64,000 bases of DNA from the sequence record NC_048821.1. One strand, 5' to 3'. Within the stretch, counting starts at the first letter, position 1. Each line of letters opens with the position of its first letter. Of the stretch, positions 17,194 through 26,352 are shown one piece after another. The translations under genes were made by a program, and so were the position numbers. The notes under the pieces are model-generated. The model made no database searches. It was not told the DNA's origin and saw only the letters and a list, made by a program, of their open reading frames with translations.

Positions 17194-20115
17194 TTAGTCT
17201 TTCGGTTCTTCCAGTTCGTCAGGTTCTTCTTCCTCTTCCGTCTCTTCTTCGAGATCTTCAGATTCTTCTAAACCTTCTTCTTCATCTGAAAGTTCTTCTG
17301 ACTCTTCATCTAGTTCAGTTTCTTCAGATTCTTCCGACGCTTCATCATCAAATGATTCTTCTTCAAAATCGTCACTGAACTCATCGGCACCGGAGTTTTC
17401 TTCTAACTCCTCACCTTCACCTTCACTTCCTTCTGGGAGCGCTAGTGGATCGTCCCCTTCCCCTTCTTGGAATTCACTTTCAGGTTGAGGCATCGCTTTC
17501 ATTAGACGTTCGATGCGGTCATCAAATTGTTTCATGTATTCAATCATGAAGTGACCCAAGTTCTCGTTAAAGTAATCGAGTTCATTGAGCAATGAATACA
17601 TACCACCTTCTTTACCTTTGTTCATGATGTCATCGAACGGAGTAGGAACGTTAAACAACTTGAAAGCACGGAAACGAATAACTGCTGCAAACTGAGCTTC
17701 CAACTCGTCTGGTGCTAAGCGTTCGGTGTCAATGTTCATGCGGGATAGTAAAGGACCCATGATACCTTTAGCCGCAGACATCTCAACAACTTTCAAAGAC
17801 CACTCTTCAGCTAGCTCCATTTTCTCTTTGATCTTAGTCACCGACTCCATGGTCGTAGGACGAGGAAGTTCTACGTAGAAGTTCTGAATAAAGTCATTCA
17901 GAATAATCATCGCTTTCTCTTTCTCGTTACCCTTGATTTGTTCTTTGGAATCAGGTGTCCAGATCTTACGAGGAGCTTCTAGGATAACATCAATCAAACG
18001 GTTCATGACTTGTTCGTTCACCATAAGGTTCTTACGAATAACGTCACTCAACATCTTCGCTAATTGAGACTGATACATGATCGTTTGGTTACATAACGTT
18101 TCTTGTTCAGCCAAAGCTTCTATCTGGAAGTTGTTACCATTCTCGTCTCGTTCATCCAGCCAACTACGAGGTAAACCAAATGTATTAGCAATAGACGCTA
18201 ACAAGTACTGGCGTGAATCTTCATCCACACGTTTAAACCCGGTACGATCGATTTGGTTTAACTGCATTTGTGGTGCAGTGACGAATTTGTTGTCCCCTGC
18301 CTCCACACGAATAAGAAGAGACTGTTCTTTAAGAGCATCCACGATCATCGGCATGGAGAGTGTGCCGGTGGAGATCAAGTTGTGCACTGTAGGGTTGGAC
18401 TTAAAGAACTCATAACGAGCCATAGAGATCGTTAGATCAGGGTCTGTATCCTGAGACTCTAACGCTACCACCAACTCATTACGTGTCTGAGCATTATCGA
18501 GCTGAGCTAGTGCGTCCGCTACATCCAAAGCTGCCAAGCGAGCGATAAAGTCTTTAGCTTGTGTAGTCAAAGACTCACCGATACCTAGGCGGTTATGTTG
18601 GAATGCCATGTAAGTGAAGTAACATTCGGGAATGTACAATACACGTGTGCGTTGTTGTTGGAAAGCACGCTCTAAGAACAGCTTTAACACGTCTTCTTCT
18701 AAATCAATAGAAAGGTCTTCACCATCCCCACCGGACCACACCGCTTGATACAGTTCCTTTTCGATTTGGTTTTTCGCAATCATAGCGAATTGACTCATAT
18801 CGAAATCACACTCACCACCTTGTTGAACTTTACGCAAGTTAGCAATCAAAGTATTAGTGTCTGTACCAGAAGGTTTATCGTCGATCTTATTGGCTTGCGC
18901 ACTTAGTGACTGGTAGAACTGATAATCCTTACTCATTTTCAGGAATTCACCGTTCTCATCAATCAGAGCATAACCACCACGAAGGCGCTTTACATCACCG
19001 TGAACATGGATTGGGATAAAACACTCACTTGGCAAGTGATAACCCAACGGTGTTCCCCAAGGTGCCTGAGAATAAACTCTAGGGTTACGAATAGACTGAG
19101 CGCTCTTAGTTGGATAACTACGTTCACCCGGCATGACTTGTTGCAATGCTTCTTGCTGAGCCAAGTTAAGATTCTTAGTCTTAGCGCCTGGATTAGGTTG
19201 TTTAGTTTTACTCTTAGCCTTACCCTTAGAGTTTAGTTCGTCGGTTTTGTTGAGTCGGTTGTTGATGTAGTTGCTGATCGACTCATTACCTTCGATGTTA
19301 CTCAAACGCTCCTTTATACGTTGACGCATATTTTGCATCGCCAACACACTAACGTTATCGGTTACAGTAATCCCGAACTCCGGAGAGACGATGGGGAATT
19401 CGTATTCGTCATTCTTCTCCTCACCCCAGACTGACTCTAAGCCACCTACGTCTTTCTTACTTGGATCTGAAACGTAACCGATGTTGCGTGCCAGACGCAT
19501 CTTACGATTACCTACAGTAGTCTCTTTAAAGACCTTACTCATCTCCGATTCGATTTCTTGACGGTAAGTTTGTTTAGAGAAAGATTCATTACCTTCAACC
19601 AACTGGTTGCCGTTAATAATGTTATCAAGCGCAGGGCGTGTAATGTTAAGCTTAACATAACTGCCGCTACCAACGAGCAAGTCCGAAACCATTTGAGGTA
19701 ATTCGTCCTCGATTTTATAGTCGTTGGTGTAGTACTCACTTAAGACTTTTAACAAACTTTCATGAAGTTTGGTGTTCTTAAATTGACTCGAGTTGGAATC
19801 GTAAGTGAGGATGTTTTTGGTTGCACCGTTAGGATGCAATATCAACGTTTTCCAAATCACCTCAGCTTTAGTGATGTACGGTGTGATTTTCTTTAAATCC
19901 ACCGTAGCGTTGATCGTATTAGCGATAATGTCGCCTAAGCTCTTTAACTTACGACCTTCTACACGACGTAATTGTTCTTCTTCTGTCCCGGTACCAGTAG
20001 ATCTTGTTTCCGCTACTCGAACGTTAAGAATAGCTTCTAAAGGTTTAGGGACGTGCGTTAGCGATTTACGAAGTTTCGTAAGATCGGTTCGAGTATTACC
20101 TCTCGTTCCTGTCAT
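17194..20115 (-). CDS. portal protein, phiKZ gp129-like
   Basis: 973 aa; GYHLPSECFIPIHV, GGYALIDENG and LGIGESL segments; divergent from a gp128-like gene; E/D-rich C-terminal tail. Confidence 0.65.
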   Translation of the reverse strand: MTGTRGNTRTDLTKLRKSLTHVPKPLEAILNVRVAETRSTGTGTEEEQLRRVEGRKLKSLGDIIANTINATVDLKKITPYITKAEVIWKTLILHPNGATKNILTYDSNSSQFKNTKLHESLLKVLSEYYTNDYKIEDELPQMVSDLLVGSGSYVKLNITRPALDNIINGNQLVEGNESFSKQTYRQEIESEMSKVFKETTVGNRKMRLARNIGYVSDPSKKDVGGLESVWGEEKNDEYEFPIVSPEFGITVTDNVSVLAMQNMRQRIKERLSNIEGNESISNYINNRLNKTDELNSKGKAKSKTKQPNPGAKTKNLNLAQQEALQQVMPGERSYPTKSAQSIRNPRVYSQAPWGTPLGYHLPSECFIPIHVHGDVKRLRGGYALIDENGEFLKMSKDYQFYQSLSAQANKIDDKPSGTDTNTLIANLRKVQQGGECDFDMSQFAMIAKNQIEKELYQAVWSGGDGEDLSIDLEEDVLKLFLERAFQQQRTRVLYIPECYFTYMAFQHNRLGIGESLTTQAKDFIARLAALDVADALAQLDNAQTRNELVVALESQDTDPDLTISMARYEFFKSNPTVHNLISTGTLSMPMIVDALKEQSLLIRVEAGDNKFVTAPQMQLNQIDRTGFKRVDEDSRQYLLASIANTFGLPRSWLDERDENGNNFQIEALAEQETLCNQTIMYQSQLAKMLSDVIRKNLMVNEQVMNRLIDVILEAPRKIWTPDSKEQIKGNEKEKAMIILNDFIQNFYVELPRPTTMESVTKIKEKMELAEEWSLKVVEMSAAKGIMGPLLSRMNIDTERLAPDELEAQFAAVIRFRAFKLFNVPTPFDDIMNKGKEGGMYSLLNELDYFNENLGHFMIEYMKQFDDRIERLMKAMPQPESEFQEGEGDDPLALPEGSEGEGEELEENSGADEFSDDFEEESFDDEASEESEETELDEESEELSDEEEGLEESEDLEEETEEEEEPDELEEPKD

Positions 20116-20135
20116 AACACCCTCTTGGATAAACT

Positions 20136-22247
20136 ATGGAAAATATTGAATTTAACGCCCACGTGGAGAGCGTACTCAGTTTAATGCGTACCTTGGTTAT
20201 CAAATGTGAAGCCATCGGCGTCACCGATAACCGTCTCCTCGCAGAAGCGGGGTACCCGGTGTCCGAAGATAAACGCAAGTGGCGTTACTATCTAAATATG
20301 ACCGGGGAATACCATGAGACTGATGAACCCATGTACGTGGCTTCCATTGATAATGGAGACCAAATACTGTTTAGTAAGAACAGCTTGGATATACACTTAG
20401 CAACACGCCGAGCTTACCAACCTGGAACTTACTGGTATAAACGATTGACCGAACAGTTTCCTGGTCAAATCGATCTAATCAACGGGATTATGGACCCCAT
20501 TGATATGGAAACCGCCATCACAGCCGAAGACTATAAGATCTTACGATACAACAAAGATCTTATCGAATCTAACGAAGATCAGTTGATTCCCGGGTTGCAA
20601 AGATGGATTAACGCCTACACACAGCGTCACTTTAAAAGTGATTACATCTATACGGAAAACTTACAACTCCCTATAGATTTAGCAACGATGTACGGACTTA
20701 TGATTCCCTTGGTATTAATACTAAGGTTAGAAGCTTTTGGTACTCGCAATGTATCAGACTATCATGTCTGGAACCGTTTAAACTCTTATGGTGACTTCCG
20801 TACCTATCGTGCAGGGTTGGGTGATAAACAAAAGATGTGGTTGTACCGTAATATTGAATATTTACGTAATAACTTGGGTAAGAACTTCACCTTAGAACAA
20901 CTCATTGATAACTTGTTGACTCCCGAATCTATCCCTATCTTCCACTACCGTTCTCTCATTAATACGGAGAAAATGGAAGAACAACAAGGTCAACCTGAAG
21001 GTCTGTTCACCAAAGAGCGTCTCAACTTCAAAGAACTTGAATACGACACCGGGGAACGATTCACCAATAAACAACTCTTGACCTTAGAAGAACCTATGGC
21101 AAGAGATAACTCCACACTCCGTGCTTACCATGAAGTACTGGTGGAACCTGAGTCCAAAGAAGCGACCTTTAATGACCTCAGTACTAAAGTCCTAGATTCC
21201 ACCATGGAAGACTACACCAACCGTCATGATGACACGTTGATGAAGACATTATTCCATGAATGGATTTACATGTCTAAGCATAACCTGTACGAATCCATTG
21301 TAGACTTTGTGGATCCACTTAACGGCAACCATGTCCGACTCAATACCACCGACGCTTTAATATACTGGCAGTTATTGTTGCGTTCGTACTTAGGTACTCC
21401 GGTAGAGGTCATTGATCCATTTTGGTTCCAATGGGTGATGACCAAAAAGCTTCGTGATTGGGAAACTTTCCGTGCAGCCGGACCTTCCCCGCAATTGCAT
21501 GATTTTGTGGTGACGGATATTCGTAAACAGTGGGTACCTACACTTAAGGTGATCTCCCCTGATACTTTCTTTGATCAATGTTTTGAAATACATCAAGCAA
21601 AGTGGAAGGCTAGGAAGATTTACTCACAACACGATGAGCTATACCAACACGCTTACACTAAAGAGTGTGTGCGTCGTTTGTACGATCACGGTGTCTACTG
21701 GTTACACGACCCTGAAACTTATCCTTCGGCACAATCTTGGTTGGACGATAAAGAACTCCATTTGGCGCATTACTCGAAATCTGAACTAATTGAGTTGTGT
21801 TGGGAGATCTTTACTAAGGCAACTGGTTGGGATGTCAAAGGCGTGGTGTCTCTACGACAAATCCAATCCAACTTAGTTTCTTTGATGACCGACCTAAGTT
21901 CATACACCATTCAGATATTGAAAGATATTGACGATGGCAACACTACGGCTGAAAACAAAGACGCAGTGCACCTCGGTTTGACTGGTGACAACTACATGAG
22001 TAACGTAGGGGATTACTTAGTTAATCCAATCATTCCGGTAGATATCCATGCAGTCCCTTTAGCTGGACTTAATGAATACCTTATCCAGATTGATAACCGT
22101 AACCATCACGAAACCCTAGTAGCTAGTTGTTCAGACTATGTTAAGGGTGAGGTCGACATTAACATCCAAGAAATCCCACGCGATAACGTTGCTAACCTCA
22201 AGATCCCTCATCATGTTGGAATTAGAGAAGCAACCTGGGCGTACTAA
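20136..22247 (+). CDS. virion structural protein, phiKZ gp128-like
   Basis: WRYYLNMTGEYHETDEPMYVASID and NLGKNFTLEQLIDNLLT motifs recalled from the phiKZ-family virion protein next to the portal. Confidence 0.6.
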   Translation: MENIEFNAHVESVLSLMRTLVIKCEAIGVTDNRLLAEAGYPVSEDKRKWRYYLNMTGEYHETDEPMYVASIDNGDQILFSKNSLDIHLATRRAYQPGTYWYKRLTEQFPGQIDLINGIMDPIDMETAITAEDYKILRYNKDLIESNEDQLIPGLQRWINAYTQRHFKSDYIYTENLQLPIDLATMYGLMIPLVLILRLEAFGTRNVSDYHVWNRLNSYGDFRTYRAGLGDKQKMWLYRNIEYLRNNLGKNFTLEQLIDNLLTPESIPIFHYRSLINTEKMEEQQGQPEGLFTKERLNFKELEYDTGERFTNKQLLTLEEPMARDNSTLRAYHEVLVEPESKEATFNDLSTKVLDSTMEDYTNRHDDTLMKTLFHEWIYMSKHNLYESIVDFVDPLNGNHVRLNTTDALIYWQLLLRSYLGTPVEVIDPFWFQWVMTKKLRDWETFRAAGPSPQLHDFVVTDIRKQWVPTLKVISPDTFFDQCFEIHQAKWKARKIYSQHDELYQHAYTKECVRRLYDHGVYWLHDPETYPSAQSWLDDKELHLAHYSKSELIELCWEIFTKATGWDVKGVVSLRQIQSNLVSLMTDLSSYTIQILKDIDDGNTTAENKDAVHLGLTGDNYMSNVGDYLVNPIIPVDIHAVPLAGLNEYLIQIDNRNHHETLVASCSDYVKGEVDINIQEIPRDNVANLKIPHHVGIREATWAY

Positions 22248-22307
22248 TTTACTAAATCCCTAATGGTATGATAACCATTACAATTTGATCAAAAAGGATC
22301 TCTACAC

Positions 22308-23222
22308 ATGGCTAACCAAAACGACCTGATCCGAGAATCAGATAACTCTCGAGTTCCGGCACAGATGGTGTCTACCCAACCGATGGGTACGAATATCATG
22401 ATCGCTAAAGCGACTAACAAATCGCTTAACATCCCACCTAACACCACATTGAACGAACACCACGAAATCGAAGTGAACAACTCACTAGGTGTAAAGAACG
22501 GTCAAGACTTCGTGTTAGGTTATTTTGGTGTGGGTATCAAAGGTTATCAAGTTGTCGGTAACCACCCCGTTACTAACGTGCCGGTGAACTACACTAACCA
22601 ACACCAACCGTTTGACCAAAACTTGTTCTATTCGATTCCTTTATGTGCTCGTCCACTGGATGATGACCTAACAGAGCAAGAACGTGATAAGTACCGTATG
22701 CGTACGGTACAGATCCTAGACGGTATCCCAACAGCACTATACTGGTTGATGAAGACCGGCATGAGTGAGTTCAACCCTAAGACCAAACGTGCGTACCGTA
22801 ATCCTTCTACTGGTAACGAAGTCCCAATTGATTATGTTTACCGCCCAGAGTCTTTGAACCCAGAACCAATCACACTGTCTTCAGATGGTACCGTTCCATT
22901 AGCTAACACGTACTTAATGTCGTCTGGCCTTATGGACTTGTCACTGAATGGTACTGCGTTAGAAGAACTTCGTAATGTGTGTCGTTTGATGTTCGGCGAT
23001 CCTTCACTGGCTGCGGTATCAGAATACCAAATCGTTTGGGGCATTGAGTCAACTACAGAAGGTCAGGGACCTGGTGGTACAACATTCCGTCACAAAGAGT
23101 TGATCTCGGCAGTAACTCAATACGTAGTGTCTGAGCGACACGCTCGAGACGCAAACTCGAACGGCGACATCGTCCTTAAATATGACTTGGGTGCCGCTTA
23201 CCCAATGTTACTTGAGGAATAA
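22308..23222 (+). CDS. virion structural protein (phiKZ family)
   Basis: 304 aa; PLCARPLDDDLTEQERDKYRMR typical of conserved phiKZ-family structural proteins. Confidence 0.55.
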   Translation: MANQNDLIRESDNSRVPAQMVSTQPMGTNIMIAKATNKSLNIPPNTTLNEHHEIEVNNSLGVKNGQDFVLGYFGVGIKGYQVVGNHPVTNVPVNYTNQHQPFDQNLFYSIPLCARPLDDDLTEQERDKYRMRTVQILDGIPTALYWLMKTGMSEFNPKTKRAYRNPSTGNEVPIDYVYRPESLNPEPITLSSDGTVPLANTYLMSSGLMDLSLNGTALEELRNVCRLMFGDPSLAAVSEYQIVWGIESTTEGQGPGGTTFRHKELISAVTQYVVSERHARDANSNGDIVLKYDLGAAYPMLLEE

Positions 23223-23824
23223 TGGAAACACTTCCCCTCCCCGACGGGTGGATTCGTTCCATAGCGATAGACCCATCCACCTTACGGATGGGTATGTCTA
23301 TTATCGACGTCAACCTTCAACAACCTGAACGCTTCAAGTTACAATGGGTGGAAACCATCCATGGTGACAAAATGGGGCATTTCAGTTCAACGAACTATGA
23401 CGATGACGGTGCAGCACAATCCCGTATACTGGGACTGTCTAAAGCGTACCGCAAACTATTAGACTTCTTTAACCCTACAGTAGCGGCGTGTGAAGATAAC
23501 TTCTTAGGGGCGTCTCCAGACACCTTTAAGAGACTTGTCGAAGCGGTCTCATTGCTGCGTACTGAAACTGAGAATTATGGGAACGGACTCTACATGGTGA
23601 ACGTCCCACCTCGGGCGGCTAAGGAAACCGTTGGGGCCAACTTTAAAGGTGCTCAAAAAGAAGACGTGACCAAAGGCATTAAGAAATACGAGAACATTGA
23701 CCTTAATGGACACGACTTGGATGTGTTAGATGAACACTCGATCGATGCTATAGCGATAAACTTAAATGTGTGTGAGCGAATCGCTAAAGATCGAGGTAAA
23801 TTCCATGACACAAAAAATACCTGA
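23222..23824 (+). CDS. ruvC: RuvC-like Holliday junction resolvase
   Basis: IAIDPS (D), ACEDNF (E), AAKETVG..GAQKEDV, HSIDAIAI (D): RuvC acidic motifs. Confidence 0.75.
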   Translation: METLPLPDGWIRSIAIDPSTLRMGMSIIDVNLQQPERFKLQWVETIHGDKMGHFSSTNYDDDGAAQSRILGLSKAYRKLLDFFNPTVAACEDNFLGASPDTFKRLVEAVSLLRTETENYGNGLYMVNVPPRAAKETVGANFKGAQKEDVTKGIKKYENIDLNGHDLDVLDEHSIDAIAINLNVCERIAKDRGKFHDTKNT

Positions 23825-24161
23825 ACGCAATGATCATTTAGACACGGCAGAAGGCGTAGTTTTAGGTAAGTGGGGGACTCGGTTCCGAACGTTCTGTGGT
23901 ATCGTCGCGGTACTAACGACGTGTTGGGTTTCGTACTCTGGTATGAGCTCAGTAGTAGAGTCTGTGAAAGCAGGCAAAGGTTGGCCTAGTGAGATGACGC
24001 TGTTTTTGTTCGTCTTTGGTCCGGTCGCTATTGCTTGGCAATACATGAGTGTGAACAAACTTTTATCATTACTTTTCTCGTCCGATACTCAAGGTGCGGT
24101 TAGCATCAAAGATCGGTTACGTGGGTTCTTGATCCATCACCCTCACAAAAACCATAAGTAA
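23805..24161 (+). CDS. two-TM membrane protein, holin candidate
   Basis: GAGG RBS before ATG 23805; hydrophobic FCGIVAVLTTCWVSY and LFLFVFGPVAIAWQY; basic tail; converges on the spanin pair. Confidence 0.45.
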   Translation: MTQKIPERNDHLDTAEGVVLGKWGTRFRTFCGIVAVLTTCWVSYSGMSSVVESVKAGKGWPSEMTLFLFVFGPVAIAWQYMSVNKLLSLLFSSDTQGAVSIKDRLRGFLIHHPHKNHK

Positions 24162-24163
24162 AT

Positions 24164-24196
24164 ATAACTCCCTACCCGCTGAGGGTAGGGAGTTAT
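24164..24196. terminator. bidirectional hairpin terminator (conserved family)
   Basis: ATAACTCCCTACCC-GCTGA-GGGTAGGGAGTTAT between convergent genes. Confidence 0.8.
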
Positions 24197-24203
24197 TATT
24201 GCT

Positions 24204-24710
24204 TTATTCTTCTACACTGTCTGGTGGAGGAGGTTGTAGTATTGCATAAATACGATCAAGCGTTTTAAGCAATGACTGAATAGTAACCTTGGCTCCATAG
24301 AGTTCTTCAGATCTTGTGTCTGCACGATTGGCGAGTTCAATAGCATAGATCACACTAGCATAATGACATCGTTTCTCGACCAACTCACCTTCGCATTTGT
24401 TTGAACTCAAATACGTTTGCAACATTCCCAGTTCACTTGGGGAGAGCTTAGGTGGACTTTCTTTTAGGTAAGGAGGGATGTCTAGAACACTACTCCTTAA
24501 CGCACCTATGTTGGCACGAACTACATCCATCTTTGCTATTTCAGCATTGACTCGTAGTTGCGCGCTTCCTTCTTCAAAAGAAGGTTTACTTGAACACCCA
24601 GATAAAAGTAAGACCGCAATTACGACTACGGTCACTAGACCTATATTAACCTTCAGGCCCAGGCTCTTCAATATCTGGATCCATTTGAACACTTTCATCA
24701 ATAGACCCAC
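24204..24710 (-). CDS. lipoprotein, o-spanin (Rz1-like) candidate
   Basis: hydrophobic signal ending in lipobox LLSG-C; proline-rich PPYLKESPP; overlaps the 3' end of the i-spanin gene. Confidence 0.6.
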   Translation of the reverse strand: MGLLMKVFKWIQILKSLGLKVNIGLVTVVVIAVLLLSGCSSKPSFEEGSAQLRVNAEIAKMDVVRANIGALRSSVLDIPPYLKESPPKLSPSELGMLQTYLSSNKCEGELVEKRCHYASVIYAIELANRADTRSEELYGAKVTIQSLLKTLDRIYAILQPPPPDSVEE

Positions 24711-25035
24711 TAGGTATCACTCCTTTCATTTCTTGTTGATATTCATCCATCATCGATTGATATGTCTCACGACGCACGCCTTTCTTTTCTTCCAAGAATC
24801 GAGATAACTCGAGATTACTTTTACGGTTCTCTTCTAGGATGAGACGAGATTCCTTATTGATCTGTTTAAAGGTCTCCAGGATGTTTTCCAGTTGAGCAAT
24901 GCTCTCTTTTGACATCCCATCGTTTCTACTAGAGAAAGTTTCCATCAAACTAATGACGATCAGTAGTAGCAATAATCCAACGATCGTGCCGAACTGAATC
25001 GTCCTCGACGTCATTCTTTTATCTGCGTCAGGCAT
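24646..25035 (-). CDS. i-spanin (Rz-like) candidate
   Basis: single N-terminal TM IVGLLLLLIVISLM then helical coiled-coil periplasmic region. Confidence 0.55.
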   Translation of the reverse strand: MPDADKRMTSRTIQFGTIVGLLLLLIVISLMETFSSRNDGMSKESIAQLENILETFKQINKESRLILEENRKSNLELSRFLEEKKGVRRETYQSMMDEYQQEMKGVIPSGSIDESVQMDPDIEEPGPEG

Positions 25036-25038
25036 AAT

Positions 25039-26274
25039 TTACATGTCCTTAAATATCGAATAAATTTTGAAGTGGTAAGCTTCAACACTACGGTGGGGAT
25101 CATACTGATTAATCTTATCATGAAATAACCCACCCCCATTTTCAGAGCCAGTAGAGTAATCTGTCGAGATATCGATATATCTTACATCAAAGTCAAGCAA
25201 CCGTCTGCCCGCACCTAATCGGTGTCGGTAGGTAGGAAAGCGTCCATCCGATAACATAACTGGATGGTGGAACTTATCCTCGGTAGCAAACGTGGTAGGG
25301 AAGGTGTATTTTTCCAGAGGAACTACTTCCACTCCCATGTACGGATTTGACATATAGATAATGAAACTATTAATGTTGGTTAACAATCCCTTTATCACGT
25401 CAGGTCGCTCTAAGAGCTCCGCTTCGACAACACCGCTACGGCAATTTGCGATATTGTCCAAGTCGATATGCTTAGCACCTTTAACTAGTAAACGTCCTAA
25501 GTCTAAAACACGTAAATCCAATCGCAGGCTGTTATGACCCACTTTAGTTATAGCGGGGCTACCACACACCAGCTTACCTGCAATCACAAACCAGACAGTC
25601 TGTTCTAGAATTTCTCGGTCCACGGTAACCAGTACCGATCGTCCTTTCTCATCCACGTCCAGTTGTTCGATTTCAAAAGGTTCCGTTTCTACTGAAGTAA
25701 TACCTTTAAAATCGATGGCACCCACATGACCCGTATCATCTATGTGGAAGTTGCGACCCCCACCCAATAGGTAGAATCCATCCGGTCTCCCAATGGATCG
25801 AATGAAGTAACCATTGTAGGTGAATAACGTCGTCTTGTTAAACCCACGGTAATCCGGTGAACTCGCAGTGCGATGTTTCACTAACAAGTCTACTGCACCG
25901 GAAGAAGTTATTTTTTCTTGTCTACCAGCGGCAAAGTCTGCACGACCTGGTAATAAAGAATAACCTGCCATCTGCATGTCTTCCATGCGAGCATAGTGAT
26001 AGGTCTCACCCATCTTACCTAAGTAGACTTCCAAAGGTTGTCGTTCCTTGGTATCTAACCAGTCCTGAATAGTTCCGGTAAAGTAAAGGGCTTCGGAACG
26101 ATAAACACTCATGTCGATGGTAATTTCTCTGAGTAACAGACCATCCCACACAGTAATAAACAACGCTCGTGTTTTTTCCATAACCGAGCTTAACTTGGCG
26201 TTCTCTATTTTAAGCGGTTGTAGACCAGCCAGACTTCCCTTATAAGCCCCGATAGAGCGTCGGTAAAGATACAT
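25039..26274 (-). CDS. virion structural protein (phiKZ family)
   Basis: ORF track 25039..26370; AAGGAG on the minus strand at about 26283-26289 supports ATG 26274 (MYLYRRSIG). Confidence 0.55.
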   Translation of the reverse strand: MYLYRRSIGAYKGSLAGLQPLKIENAKLSSVMEKTRALFITVWDGLLLREITIDMSVYRSEALYFTGTIQDWLDTKERQPLEVYLGKMGETYHYARMEDMQMAGYSLLPGRADFAAGRQEKITSSGAVDLLVKHRTASSPDYRGFNKTTLFTYNGYFIRSIGRPDGFYLLGGGRNFHIDDTGHVGAIDFKGITSVETEPFEIEQLDVDEKGRSVLVTVDREILEQTVWFVIAGKLVCGSPAITKVGHNSLRLDLRVLDLGRLLVKGAKHIDLDNIANCRSGVVEAELLERPDVIKGLLTNINSFIIYMSNPYMGVEVVPLEKYTFPTTFATEDKFHHPVMLSDGRFPTYRHRLGAGRRLLDFDVRYIDISTDYSTGSENGGGLFHDKINQYDPHRSVEAYHFKIYSIFKDM

Positions 26275-26352
26275 TATGCGAATCTCCTTGGTGAATTCTA
26301 TAGAATCGTTACGATACTTGTGCGATTTGACACTAACATAAGGCCCTTTGTT

